Origin: Williopsis jadinii
Lineage: Eukaryota
NCBI GenBank assembly: GCA_024346625.1
Contig: AP024665.1
Coordinates: 1,488,001 to 1,552,000 of the forward strand
DNA length: 64,000 nucleotides
Reading direction: 5' to 3'
Part shown: one piece after another, positions 1 to 12,885 of the stretch
Layout: every line of letters begins with the position of its first letter
Position numbering within the stretch: the stretch's first letter is position 1
Made by a program: the position numbers and the translations under genes
Notes under the pieces: generated by a model
Seen by the model: only the letters and a program-made list of their open reading frames with translations
What the model was told of the DNA's origin: nothing
The model's database searches: none

Positions 1-1161
1 GTTCCACACCCTTTTATAGCCCAATCCCGTCTCCACTGAGCATGATTGATCTCCTCCTCCTTGAGAGATAAAAAAAGAAACAATCCCCCAGTATCCATCT
101 TCTTCTCTCCGCTCCATCAACATAGAAGCCAACAACAGAAGCGTGGAAGCGAAACTGAGAACCCAAACACACCCGGCCAAATGCACCCTGCAAACGAGCA
201 CAAGCAAAGGAGCCAACATAATAACAACCTTAAACCCCCATCATAGTCACTCGCAATTTCTCCTCCACAGCAATATGGAAGAATGAGCACAACGCACCAG
301 ACTACCCTAACGTTATTATCCCAATTGGGAAATTAACGAGTGGAATCAGCTCCTGCTGGCTGAATTCTTACCCCACACAGAGAGAGAAAGAGAGATTTCT
401 CCGCGCTGTGGAGCGCCCTGTTGTCCCGCTTTGGTGGTGTTTGGGTGTTTTGGGGCGTTTGGGGCAGTGTGGACTTGGAGCTCATTGTACCGACGGTAAA
501 ACTAGTGTGTTGGTTCAGGAGTTGTGGGCGTTAAGTGTGCTGGTAGGGACGGGTCCCGACTGTTTAGCGAGCCGACGTTCTGGACGTCCCCCATGGTGTT
601 GTGATGTGTCGTAGTTTGGTTGTTTACAGAGGGAGCTTTTATGCCAGTAGACGTCCCACCACTGTTGGCGGACAATGCGGCGTGCTTTTCTGTTCAGAGC
701 GGATCAGCGTGGACGGTGGCTTCTGGATGTGCCTCTACGTCTGTCCCTGTGTGCCCTTCTCTGTCCCTGTGTGTCTCCACCTCCCTCTCGGAGCCCATGT
801 ATAGTGAGACTGGGAGTCAACCAGGCCATCACCGTTCATTTCAAACACCCACAAGCACCTCCCACACCTCCCACACCACCAATCTTCCCTCATCGGTCGG
901 TCACCAGACTCCTACTAAGCTAAAAACCTGCCAGTGGAACCCTCAGCGGCTCGAATCCTCCATCGTACTGCGCTGTCCTCTCCTGTTCCGCCATGTCTTC
1001 TTCCAACTAAATTTGTTTGTTTACCTTCAACGGTTCAATTCCCTCTCCTCCCATCTCGCGGGAAAATTCCGGTTGGAAAACCATTGACACAAAAACCACA
1101 CACAAAACTCCCGCCCGCTGGCTCCACACAGCGGCCGAGACATAAACATCAACACCACGCG

Positions 1162-2751
1162 ATGCCGCCAAAGCGCCTGGTTTCTGTCCTCTCACAGGCG
1201 TACGAGGCGACCATAAACTATTCCGATGGTAAGAAGGAGGTTGGTGAAGGCTCCAGTAGAAGGTTAAGCGCTGCACGGTTGACGGCGTCGTTGCTAGCAC
1301 TTGGGTTGGATAAGTTGGACAGCGGCGGTGAAAGCACTGATGATTCCGATGGATACTGGTTGGATGACTGGGAGGCGGAGGAGGGTGGCGAGCTCCCCAG
1401 AGATGATGATGGTGGTGACGATGACGATCGCGCGCTTGACGATATCGACAACGATGAGGATCAACGTGAAGTGCTCTCCAGACAGGATCGGAGACGCCAA
1501 AAGCATTTCACGGATATAATCCTCTCCAAAGTGATCGAGCGTGGGTTGCCTAAGGACGTGCCGAGTAAGAATGATCTAACACAGAGGCTTGGAGACCCAA
1601 TAAGACAGCATACAGACTCGTTGTCGATGACTAAACTGGTTAAGAATATACGCAAGCTAACAGAGAGGTTGGGCGGATTGTTCCAGCTACAGTACTCTAC
1701 GATCAGAATATTCCACTGGACATATCCTTCAAGGTCTCTACTAGCGATTACCATCTACACACTCGTTGTGTTACATCCAAACGTGATTTTCATACTGCCG
1801 TTGTGCTATGTGCTGTTTGGAATAATGATCCCTGGCTATCTATACAGACATCCATTGCACAGGAACAATCTTCACAAGTTGAGCGAGAGAGGTGATTCGC
1901 TCTTCAACAAATTCGCCAGCGTTAATGATGATAAACAGCTTTCAAGAATACTGGACGATTCTGATGAAGAACAGGAAGTACCTGAGTTGAAAGAGAACAA
2001 CAGTAGAACAACGAGGAAAAATATGGAATTTTTCGTAAACCTACGAGATCTACAGAATAACTTGTCAAAATTGGTTGCTGTCTTTGACAAGATTGAGAGA
2101 TTTTGGTATGGTACCGCTGGATTCAAAGATGAGCGAGTCTCAACTTCTCTGTTCTTCACCTTGGCAACTGCAATTGCATCTTTGATATTGGTTGGCCCTT
2201 ATATCCCCTGGAGATTTCTACTCATTCTCATAGGTTGGGTCCTCATGATTGCAATTCATCCAAAGGTGAAGCCTCTTATAAAGCAATTAAAGCTTTTGTT
2301 ACAACCAAAGAAACAGGAATTGGATAAATTGGTTAAGGAATCCGAAAGAAAGGACATTGTGATTGATGAAGAACCAGAGATTAGACAAGTTGAGGTGTTT
2401 GAGATTTGGCGAAAGAGCTTCACGTCAAACGAATGGGAGTTTTACATCTTTTCGAGTCATGTTTTCCACCTTGAGGATGAGTTCAGGAAATCCAAGAACC
2501 CACCACCTGGCGTGTTGGTCATTAGTGACGTCCACTCTCCAAAGAGCTGGAAATTTGATCCAGATGATTCTTGGAACATTGACTACGATTGTAAAGAGTG
2601 GTGTGTTTCAAAGGGTATAGAATTGTCTCCATTACAAAAAGTCGATAAGAACAACGAGTTCTTAATTGATAAACAGTTCAAGAGAAGGCGTTTGTTCCGA
2701 GATGTGAAGAGATATTCAAGACCATCTAAGAAACCTCCTAGATTGCTCTGA
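1162..2751 (+). CDS. PEX28: Peroxin of the Pex24/Pex28 family (acidic N-terminus, hydrophobic segments, dysferlin-like C-terminus)
   Basis: First ATG in the 934..2751 frame is at 1162 (MPPKRL). Contains FFVNLRDLQN, WYGTAGF, VEVFEIW and FKRRRLFR motifs typical of the family. PEX28 versus PEX24 naming is uncertain. Confidence 0.75.
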   Translation: MPPKRLVSVLSQAYEATINYSDGKKEVGEGSSRRLSAARLTASLLALGLDKLDSGGESTDDSDGYWLDDWEAEEGGELPRDDDGGDDDDRALDDIDNDEDQREVLSRQDRRRQKHFTDIILSKVIERGLPKDVPSKNDLTQRLGDPIRQHTDSLSMTKLVKNIRKLTERLGGLFQLQYSTIRIFHWTYPSRSLLAITIYTLVVLHPNVIFILPLCYVLFGIMIPGYLYRHPLHRNNLHKLSERGDSLFNKFASVNDDKQLSRILDDSDEEQEVPELKENNSRTTRKNMEFFVNLRDLQNNLSKLVAVFDKIERFWYGTAGFKDERVSTSLFFTLATAIASLILVGPYIPWRFLLILIGWVLMIAIHPKVKPLIKQLKLLLQPKKQELDKLVKESERKDIVIDEEPEIRQVEVFEIWRKSFTSNEWEFYIFSSHVFHLEDEFRKSKNPPPGVLVISDVHSPKSWKFDPDDSWNIDYDCKEWCVSKGIELSPLQKVDKNNEFLIDKQFKRRRLFRDVKRYSRPSKKPPRLL

Positions 2752-3164
2752 GTCTTAGCACATAGATGAGGGGAGAGCAACAGTCGATACCTGTTTGGTT
2801 ATTCTGAAATCAAAAGTTGGTCATCCACATGCATATATCATTTAATGGAGTCTTGAATTATTAATTATCGATTGTATAAATTCGATGTGTTCTGTGAAGT
2901 GCTATGTAAAAGTTTCCCTCATATCGGCCGAAAAGATGTCCACTTCATCACCGTAGAAAACAACCCTCTAATCTGTATTGTTTCTAAGACTGAAAACCAA
3001 TACACCTCTAAACATCGCTTCTCTTCTTCTTCCTGGTGCTTTCATGAGACTGAGCAGAGCAATAGTTATGTTGGATTGGCAGGTTGGTTTAACTACCTTA
3101 ACATGGAGGACTCGAGTACCATTGTCCATTTGGTCACGTGACCGGCACAAAAAATATTAAAGAA

Positions 3165-3249
3165 TGAAACGGACAGGAATTGAACCTGCAACCCTTCGAT
3201 TGCACTATTCCAACTGGAGTCGAAAGCTCTACCATTGAGCCACCGCTTC
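3165..3249 (-). tRNA. tRNA-Trp(CCA) with 13-nt intron
   Basis: Minus strand reads GAAGCGGTGGCTCAATGGTAGAGCTTTCGACTCCAG[ttggaatagtgca]ATCGAAGGGTTGCAGGTTCAATTCCTGTCCGTTTCA. A and B boxes present; T-run terminator at about 3149-3154. Confidence 0.97.
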
Positions 3250-3567
3250 ATCTTGAAATTTTAAAGGTTTAGTGTTCCATAGAGTGTGTCAAATCTACTG
3301 TTCAAAGATGAAGAACTAAGGGATACTTTATCGAATTTGAGGATCCAGCATGAGTTCTAGTCCAATCGTTCCTGGCCATGAGCTGCCCATGCACAAGATC
3401 ATTCGGATGTGTGCTACGTCTTGTGTAGTACACACTCACAAGGCTACGCATCAAGATCAAAACTCCCACATCTACACATCTGTCCTCGGTCTCAAGTTAA
3501 GTCTATGAGCTATATCATGTTCTGAGATGGTGAAAAAACACTCATATATATCTGAAATTACCAATGA

Positions 3568-4695
<1,128 letters not shown>

Positions 4696-5559
4696 CTATT
4701 TGGTTGATATCTCGGTAAGCAAGTGCTCAATACGGCAAGCAACAACGGCGATTAATGAATGTGTAATGCTTTCTCTCACGGTCTCTCCTTCTCAGTCAGC
4801 TGAATTCCGCAGAGATCAGTCGCTACGCCAGATCAATCAAGCTGGATAATAACCTGCGAAAATGTACGTGAGCAGGAAAAGGGGGAAAAGGGCCAACAAA
4901 GAAAAGAACAAGCTCTCAGGCCCGAAAAGACGCTTTGCAAGGTGGAAAATGGCCAACGCTTTGATTTATAAGGCGCTCCGCGATGGTTCGGGTGGGATTT
5001 TACCCCTGGTGTTCGGGTGTGCTGGTGTCTCGAGATGAGAACAATCAGCCGTGGTGCCGAGGTTGGAAAGGGGGTGCACCGGCTGTTGGCTCGGGGGCTC
5101 TGGTGAGCCGGCCATGTGATCGTCTCCGTCTATGTGTTCAGCTATGCTCTGAACGTCATCGTTGCAAAGCACTACGGGACCATTGGTTTGTGCCATTGAT
5201 CTTAGCCAATACCAAACTCGGCCGATGAAGAGCGGGCCCAGCAGAGCGAGAAATGGGTTCCGAAAGCCGAAAAGGGAAAAACAGACAGACAGACGCGAAA
5301 CTGCGACGCGTCATTGGTTTTCCGACTTTTGTTCCGGGCAACAGCAGCGAGGAGACGATGGAAATGGATTACGTAAGCGTTTATGTAATCGTTGTTAGGG
5401 ACCACATGGCAAGCTTAAAGTGCGTGCAGGCAGAAGAGCAGAGGGAAAGTTTAAGGAAAAATTGTCTCTTTGGTCTCTTCTGTCTTTGTAAGAACATCGG
5501 TTTCAAGAGACAGAGAAATAGAGAGTGAGAGGAGTTTATAGGTGTATGGCAAAGCAAAT

Positions 5560-6579
5560 ATGGGTGTGTTACCTTTAAGGACGTTGTGTGAGAACGTCTT
5601 ATTGAAGCACCATCTTTCGTTGAGAGAACTAGGTGATATACGGTATTCCCTTATCACAAGGGTTCTACACAAGTTTACGGCACAGCAGTTGATCAATTTG
5701 GAGAAGGCGAACCCGATGTTGATACTGGAGGATGATGATGTTTGGTTGTCGCTCTTGCAGAAGGATTATCCGCAGGACTTACACAAGCGGTTCTGCTCAA
5801 ATCCGAACGACGTGTACAAGTACTACAAGCAGGAGTTGCAGTCGATGCTGGGCACAGAGACGATCACGGTTAAGCTCCGAGACGTTATAACGTTGGAAGA
5901 GATTGAAGATTCAAAGAGATACAGGTTGCCTTATAGACAGGTGTATATGGATATTCAGCAGCTCTATGCTGTGAAACAGGAAGAGGCTATATTAAACTTG
6001 AGAAAGAACATGCAAAAGATGGAACGGTCAAAGGACGTTAATAGAGTTATACATTTGGATGAAGTTATCCCGGTGGATTCAGGACACAGACCATGGGGTA
6101 AAAGACCTGTTGTCTCTAATAGATCACCATTGTTTCAAAAGGCTCAGGTGGAGGCCAGGAAGAGGCGTGAATTGTTCAAGAATCCACTCTCGTTGATGCC
6201 TGAGAGACAGACCAGTCCACAAAGGATGCCGAGACGTGCCAATGTCAACAACTTCAGTACATCCACCAGGGTCAAGCCAGTTGTTGGAACACACAGCGAG
6301 ACAGGTTGTGGTATTAGTACCAGTAATGGTGCACCTATCAATGGCCATACGACAAGGACAAGAACACAAGTTCCTTCGATTTTTGTACCGAAGAAAGTCA
6401 CAGGTACAAGACCACAGGTATCACCAAAGAGGCCTATGTCTAATGATAGACGAAACAACGTTCCCCGTTTGAATTCACTGGACCATGGCAAGAATTCACA
6501 CAACCAATGTCAAGAACAAGATAGGGTGAAGAGGATCAGGTTATCGGATTATTTAAAGAGAAAGGGCCCAACTGCATGA
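5560..6579 (+). CDS. ELA1: Elongin A, substrate receptor for RNA Pol II degradation
   Basis: ATG at 5560. N-terminal LPLRTLCENVL, LGDIRYSLI and LEKANPMLI..DDVW elongin-A domain. Synteny with PDR16. Confidence 0.8.
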   Translation: MGVLPLRTLCENVLLKHHLSLRELGDIRYSLITRVLHKFTAQQLINLEKANPMLILEDDDVWLSLLQKDYPQDLHKRFCSNPNDVYKYYKQELQSMLGTETITVKLRDVITLEEIEDSKRYRLPYRQVYMDIQQLYAVKQEEAILNLRKNMQKMERSKDVNRVIHLDEVIPVDSGHRPWGKRPVVSNRSPLFQKAQVEARKRRELFKNPLSLMPERQTSPQRMPRRANVNNFSTSTRVKPVVGTHSETGCGISTSNGAPINGHTTRTRTQVPSIFVPKKVTGTRPQVSPKRPMSNDRRNNVPRLNSLDHGKNSHNQCQEQDRVKRIRLSDYLKRKGPTA

Positions 6580-6853
6580 ACTGATATATAGGAACTAACG
6601 ATAGTAACGAATCTAATTGACGAAATGAACTGTTTCCTTTGAATCTGTAAAACGTTGATGCTGAAGGAATAACCTCTTCGCATAGCAGAATTCGCATTGC
6701 GTTGTTGCGCCTACCGGCTTTGGGTCCTATCGGTGGCGGTGGCGCGTGGAGAGGAAATTATATAGACAAAATTGACACATAAAAGGAGGCCAATTCGACC
6801 AGAAAATCAGCGTGGAAACCATTCCAGTGGTGCGTACTAGAACGCTATCAAAG

Positions 6854-7594
6854 ATGTCAAAGACTGAGCTTATGGACATTGGAGAGCACTGCTCGTATTG
6901 TGGACAGATAGATTTTCTCCCGTTCAAGTGCTCGTGCAAGGGAGTGTTCTGTCTCCAGCATCGACAGCCGGATCAACACTCGTGTCCAAAGTTAGAGCTG
7001 AAAGGCACGAAAACTGCGGAACAGAAGCTGAGAGACAGTATCGATACTTCTCATTTGCCATCATCAAAGACTCTTTTCCCTGATCGCTCGAATTTCAACC
7101 CGGAACTGTCCTTGAAGACCACCGACACCGTCCCCACGTCCATTGAAACACAGAGCGCAAAGAGTACCAATGCCTTGACCAAGCTGAAAAAGTTGTTTGA
7201 GAAGAGTAGGCCAAAGAAGGCCAACGCTACGAAGGCCATTGTGGAACTGTCCAAGTTGAAGAGCACTGCTAAGGGGGACTTGAAAATCCCACAGTCTGAG
7301 CGGATCTATGTATGGTGTCAAGTACTTGGGTGCAAGGGCCGAGATGAGAATGAACGGTACCCATTGTTTGTCTCTCGAGCCTGGCCTCTAGGCAGGGCCT
7401 TGGACAGTATGGCGACGCATTTGAACTTGACCAACGTTAACAACAGAACCAAGGACGACTCGGAGAAGTTATTCCTATACCGTCAGCAGAACGATTCTGG
7501 AGGAGGCGCGGAATTCGTCAAGATGTCCACCAGTGAGCGTTGTAACGTCATAAAAGATGGTACTACGGTGTTTATCGTTAGAGGGTTGCTGTGA
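6854..7594 (+). CDS. CUZ1: AN1-type zinc finger protein, Cdc48/proteasome-associated
   Basis: ATG at 6854. MDIGEHCSYCGQIDFLPFKC..C..VFCLQHR...HSC; C-terminal UBL-like WPLGRALD region. Confidence 0.85.
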   Translation: MSKTELMDIGEHCSYCGQIDFLPFKCSCKGVFCLQHRQPDQHSCPKLELKGTKTAEQKLRDSIDTSHLPSSKTLFPDRSNFNPELSLKTTDTVPTSIETQSAKSTNALTKLKKLFEKSRPKKANATKAIVELSKLKSTAKGDLKIPQSERIYVWCQVLGCKGRDENERYPLFVSRAWPLGRALDSMATHLNLTNVNNRTKDDSEKLFLYRQQNDSGGGAEFVKMSTSERCNVIKDGTTVFIVRGLL

Positions 7595-8457
7595 GCCTCG
7601 GAAGCTTCGAGGTTCCCGGCCAATCAGGAACACTGAAAAAATAGACAAGCAGCATTGGACAAACTGTAGAGAGGGCACTAGAAAACGATGGCTTTCCAGC
7701 GTCGTACGTCTCTGCCATCGTGTGTTGTTTAGAGCCGTTTGTTTTGAGCCATTTCAAATCACTCAAAAACACCGCCAAAGCATTTTGATCCATGGAACGT
7801 TGGAAGCTGACAAAACAGGCAACTCTGCCTCACGGGCCTGCTGCGTGTGGCACATACCAAAGTGTAGACTTGGTGTTCGGATGTCGTCTTCCCCCAGCAG
7901 TGGTAGCGTATTCATGTGTTCTTGTTACGAATAATACATGTGCTATATAGCAATGGCGTACCGTATGCTCATACGCTATCAACGTACACCTTCTCGCCGT
8001 CGCTGAGCCTGTGAATGGAGCTGCCACACCGGAAGGAACTGGAATCCCCAACAAGGCACACACCATGTGATGTTTGGGTGTTTCCACCTATCTGGATGTG
8101 TCTTTGCCGACCGGCTTTAACTTCTGGGCAGCGTGATTACATAATCGCTCAAAACCCCAAGTGGGAGATCTCCGTGGAAGCGAACCAAAAAAGGCAGGAA
8201 AATTCCAGACCCGGCGGTGTTTGATAAGCTGATTGGATGGAAGCGCCCTCCCCCGTTATAAATCATCTGTCGAGCCAAGTAGCGTAAGGTGTTTTATTAA
8301 TCAAAGTTTTAGCATGGATGGCTAAGACTTTATCTCATGCGCAAGCCGGTTTCTTTATAAAGGAGTAGCATTTCCTCTTGTTCCCAATTGCAAGCACCAT
8401 ATTCATGCCCGGTGTACTGTTAGTTAAGCCAGAGCGGTTTTAAGGCCATTAGCAGAG

Positions 8458-9132
8458 ATGAACGTACTGCCATCGTATGAGGACTCGATCAAAGTGCAGC
8501 AGCCACCGAGCTACGCTACAATAGCAACTTCTTCGTGTGAGTGCCCCGTCAGAAGCATGTATCACACGGACCCGTTAAATCTTGTGATCCTTGGTGATGA
8601 GCAAAACGACACAGTGGATCCTCTCACTATGAGCTTTGGCGACTACGTGGTGAGGACCGAGGAGGACATTTACGACTCCTTTGTCGCTCTACGGATCATC
8701 ATGGAGGATAAGATCAAACAGATTGATCGGAACATTGAGTTTGTCCAGAAGAGGATCATCTCGAGATCGAGAAACTACTACATCGACTGCCTAAGACTCA
8801 ACACGTGTGAAGCATTCGTCAGAATACGGAACAGGATTATGTTGGAGTTACGTCAATTACAACAACTCTTCACGCTCATTGCACATCACAACGAACTATA
8901 CGCACAGGTCAGTTCACAAGTGTGTGAACTGTGCCCACTAAGCGACGTTAAGCCACAGTCCGCATGCCATAACAAACTGCTCTTCAGAGCACAGGTGGTT
9001 AAGAACCTGGAGATCTTACAAGAGAGGGTGAACAAATTTGCCAGCTGTGATGACGTGGGCTTTGTGCTGAAGGAGAGGGCCAAGGTGTATAACGATGCGA
9101 GGGATTTCGTTAGAAGACAAACCCAAAGCTGA
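8458..9132 (+). CDS. Hypothetical 224-aa protein with two N-terminal PY motifs (LPSY, PPSY)
   Basis: ATG-initiated open frame; TATAAA at about 8356; helical-looking C-terminal half. Family not recognised. Confidence 0.7.
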   Translation: MNVLPSYEDSIKVQQPPSYATIATSSCECPVRSMYHTDPLNLVILGDEQNDTVDPLTMSFGDYVVRTEEDIYDSFVALRIIMEDKIKQIDRNIEFVQKRIISRSRNYYIDCLRLNTCEAFVRIRNRIMLELRQLQQLFTLIAHHNELYAQVSSQVCELCPLSDVKPQSACHNKLLFRAQVVKNLEILQERVNKFASCDDVGFVLKERAKVYNDARDFVRRQTQS

Positions 9133-10303
9133 CCATTGGCTCTCATTGGCTGCATTATAGACACTTGCTTACATAGCTTTTTCGCCCGTTGCGTTCTCTG
9201 AACCGGTATAATTAATGATTAGTATTTTACAACAAGTGTGTAGCCATCAGGGTTAGCAGTCGGCCGTAGCTGCTGTACAGTTCTTCATGGAGCAGTGTTC
9301 ACCGTGGACCAATGCTCTCCACAATTGTACATATGTAGTACGCATTGATCCTCCAGAAAGGTGCAAGGGTTTGGTCAACCATGCCGGTTTATTACAATCG
9401 TTGATGGAGGGTTGTTCCCTTTAGCCAGATGCCAACGGAGAATCCCGGGCCGTTTTAGTCCACGTTGACAAGCTGCGATAACACATAGCTATTGTGGTGT
9501 TTGGATGTAATGTGACACAACAGTAGTCTCTGAGTGTAGCGGACTCAGCTGATGGAACCTGTGCTCAGGGGAAGCGCAAGGCAAACAGTGGTTCAGATGA
9601 CACTCGTCGCTTGTGGTGGTGGTCGATCTATGTGTTAACTGCTGTACACGGTGTGTACATCCGTACACTCACGCATGGTGTGGATTCACATGGACTGAAT
9701 CCCCCACCAATGTTGCTTCTACGTACACTTACACACCTCGAAGGAGACGAAGAGCACACGTCTAAAGGTTGTAACAATCATAATCAGAGAGTCCTACACG
9801 GCTCAAATCATTGTATAGTCCACATATTGGTCAATACACAACTAATAGTTGGATTTTTCCGAATAATACCAACCATTCGATATCATTCATTATATCGCAT
9901 CACTATAATTCTCTCATAATATTTCCCCCAAATATCCCCAAATATTATCGGAAAATCAAAATTCAAACGAGACAAGTGCACGGAAACCCCCACCAGCACC
10001 CCACTGCTCCAGCAACCACCCCCAACACCCACCACAACACCCCCATATCCATCCAATCATAGCTAAATCAGAGCTCAATACCACGCCAATCACACACTGT
10101 GGCCCCTACCACATGTCCACCTGCACCGGCGAACTTTCCTGCACCGGCGCTTGAAAAAAGCGCTGTGAGTAATCGGAGCGATGCCATTGGAAAACGATCT
10201 TGAAAAATTGCATTCTCTTTCCCAACTTCTGATTACTCTTCTGATGTCGTGAGAAACACAGCATTTGCCTCTTAAACGTTCTCTAGTCGCTATAGATACC
10301 ACG

Positions 10304-12749
10304 ATGCTTAGAGCCGGAAGAGTTATTAACAGACAGGTACGTCTCCATCTCTGGCTGTGTGCGATGAGCCATAACTAACACTGTGCCTTAGAGTATACGG
10401 TCGCTCGCCACGTCTGCGTCTCTCACTACGAACATCCCTAGTGAGTTCCAGACAAGGGTCCCACCGTACCCGAAGCTCGTGGAGAAGCTCACACAAGTCA
10501 AAAGAGTGCTGAACGATGCGCCATTGACGTTGGCTGAGAAGATCCTCTATTCGCACCTGGTCAACCCAGAAGAGTCGTTATCTGCTGGCGACGTTTCCAA
10601 GATCAGAGGGCTTGAATACTTGAAGTTGAACCCAGACAGGGTCGCAATGCAAGATGCCTCTGCTCAGATGGCGCTGCTTCAGTTCATGACGTGTGGATTG
10701 CCATCCACTGCGGTGCCAGCCTCTATCCATTGTGATCACTTGATTGTTGGTAAGGATGGTGAGAAGGCTGATCTGAAGTCCTCCATCGCCACCAACAAGG
10801 AGGTGTTTGATTTCCTCCAGTCATGTGGTGAGAAGTACGGCATCCAGTTCTGGGGACCGGGCTCTGGTATCATCCACCAGATCGTGTTGGAAAACTTCAG
10901 TGCGCCTGGTCTCATGATGCTCGGAACCGATTCCCACACTCCAAATGCTGGTGGTTTGGGCGCCATTGCCATTGGTGTCGGTGGTGCCGATGCTGTTGAT
11001 GCCCTCACAGGTACTCCGTGGGAGCTGAAGGCCCCAAAGATCCTCGGTGTTCACTTGAAGGGTAAGATGAATGGTTGGACCTCTCCAAAGGATATCATCA
11101 CCTACTTGGCTGGTTACCTCACTGTCAGAGGTGGTACTGGATTCATAGTTGAGTACTTTGGTGAAGGTGTGGAGTCCCTGTCTTGTACAGGTATGGCTAC
11201 TATCTGTAACATGGGTGCGGAGATTGGTGCTACAACTTCTACTTTCCCTTACCAAGAGGCCCATAAACGTTACCTCATATCTACGCATAGAGCTCCATTG
11301 GCACAAGCTGCTGATGAGGTCAACGCCAAGTTTGGCTTCCTCAAGGCAGATCCAGGTGCTCAGTACGATAAGGTTGTGGAGATTGACCTCAATACTCTTG
11401 AACCTCATATCAATGGTCCATTTACGCCGGATCTCTCTACGCCATTGGGTCAATTCGGCTCCAAGACTGATGAAAACGAATGGCCAAAGACTGTTTCTGC
11501 CGGCTTGATCGGTTCCTGTACCAACTCCTCGTACCAGGATATGTCAAGAGCCGTTTCATTGGTTAAACAGGCCAGTGAAGCCGGTCTTAAGCCAAAAATC
11601 CCATTCTTTGTTACGCCAGGCTCTGAACAGATCAGAGCAACCATCGAGAGAGATGGATTGATCGAGACGTTCGAAGACAACGGTGCCATTGTGTTGGCCA
11701 ATGCCTGTGGTCCATGTATTGGCCAATGGGACCGTGTTGACATTGACAAGAAGTCCACGGAGACGAATGCCATCTTTACATCCTTCAACAGAAACTTCAG
11801 AGCAAGAAACGATGGTAACAGAAACACCATGAACTTCCTTACTTCACCAGAAGTCGTCACTGCGATGATCTACTCTGGTGACATGCACTTCAACCCGATA
11901 ACGGATTCGATTAAGACAGAAGACGGTTCAGATTTCAAATTCCAACCTCCAAAGGGTGACGAATTGCCAGAGAGAGGATTCATCGCTGGTAGACCAGAGT
12001 TCTACCCAGAGGTTGATCCACAACCACATCCAGAAGTTGCCATCAACATTCCAGAAGATTCTGATCGTTTGCAATTGCTTGAACCATGGACTCCATGGAA
12101 TGGCGAAGAGCTTAAGAACAAGATCTTGTTGAAGGTTGAAGGTAAGTGTACCACTGATCACATCTCTGCAGCAGGTGTTTGGTTGAAGTACAAGGGTCAC
12201 TTGGAGAACATTGCCAACAACACTTTGATCGGAGCTCAAAACAAGGAGACTGGTGAGGTCAACGTTGCCTATGACGATGATGGTACTGCTTACTCCATTC
12301 CAGAGCTTATGGGTAAATGGAAGGAAGAAGGTATCAAGTGGAACGTTGTTGCAGAGCACAACTATGGTGAGGGTTCTGCAAGAGAACACGCTGCTCTTCA
12401 ACCAAGATTCCTCGGTGGTGAGATGATTCTTGTTAAGTCCTTTGCTCGTATTCACGAGACAAACTTGAAGAAACAAGGTCTTTTGCCATTGACATTTGCA
12501 AATGAGGCCGACTATGACAAATTGAGCTCTGGCGATATCTTGGAGACCCTGAACTTGAAAGATATGATTGCTAAGAATGGTGACAACGGTGGAATCATCA
12601 AGCTCAGGGTTCACAAGAAGAACGGTGAAACTTTCGACATCGATGCTAAGCACACCATGTCCAAGGACCAAGTGGATTTCTTCAAGGCTGGTTCTGCAAT
12701 TAACCACATTGGTAACGTTCGTCGTGCTGAAGCTGGCTCTCAGGCTTGA
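10304..12749 (+). CDS. ACO2: Mitochondrial aconitase-family protein Aco2; join(10304..10336,10392..12749)
   Basis: DRVAMQDASAQMA, HCDH, GTDSHT, GSCTNSS, NACGPCIG, KCTTDHIS, NYGEGSAREHA motifs. A 55-nt intron GTACGT..AACTAAC..TTAG restores the in-frame presequence MLRAGRVINRQ/SIRSLAT. Confidence 0.93.
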
Positions 12750-12885
12750 GAACACAGTCACAGTTATATAGTTTTAGTCATTTCACTGCATCATTTCTTT
12801 GGTTAAGAGTATTTATTAAAAAGACGGTATTTTTCTTTGGGATGTTTGATTTCTATTTACCCCTTCACCATCTTTCTGTCATGGG

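Noticed and set aside
3132..3143. GGTCACGTGACC palindrome (CDEI/Cbf1-like) as a point centromere
   Set aside because: No long AT-rich CDEII or CDEIII on either side; it sits beside a tRNA terminator. At most an isolated Cbf1 site.
5196..5235. Minus-strand TTGGCTAAGATCAA resembling the U2 snRNA 5' region
   Set aside because: Lacks the adjacent GTGTAGTA branch-pairing sequence and an Sm site; likely a chance match in the PDR16/ELA1 promoter.
11928..12761. Long antisense ORFs over ACO2, and similar ones over RPS17, RPS18, UTP6 and HSL1
   Set aside because: Shadow frames produced by codon bias of the real genes.
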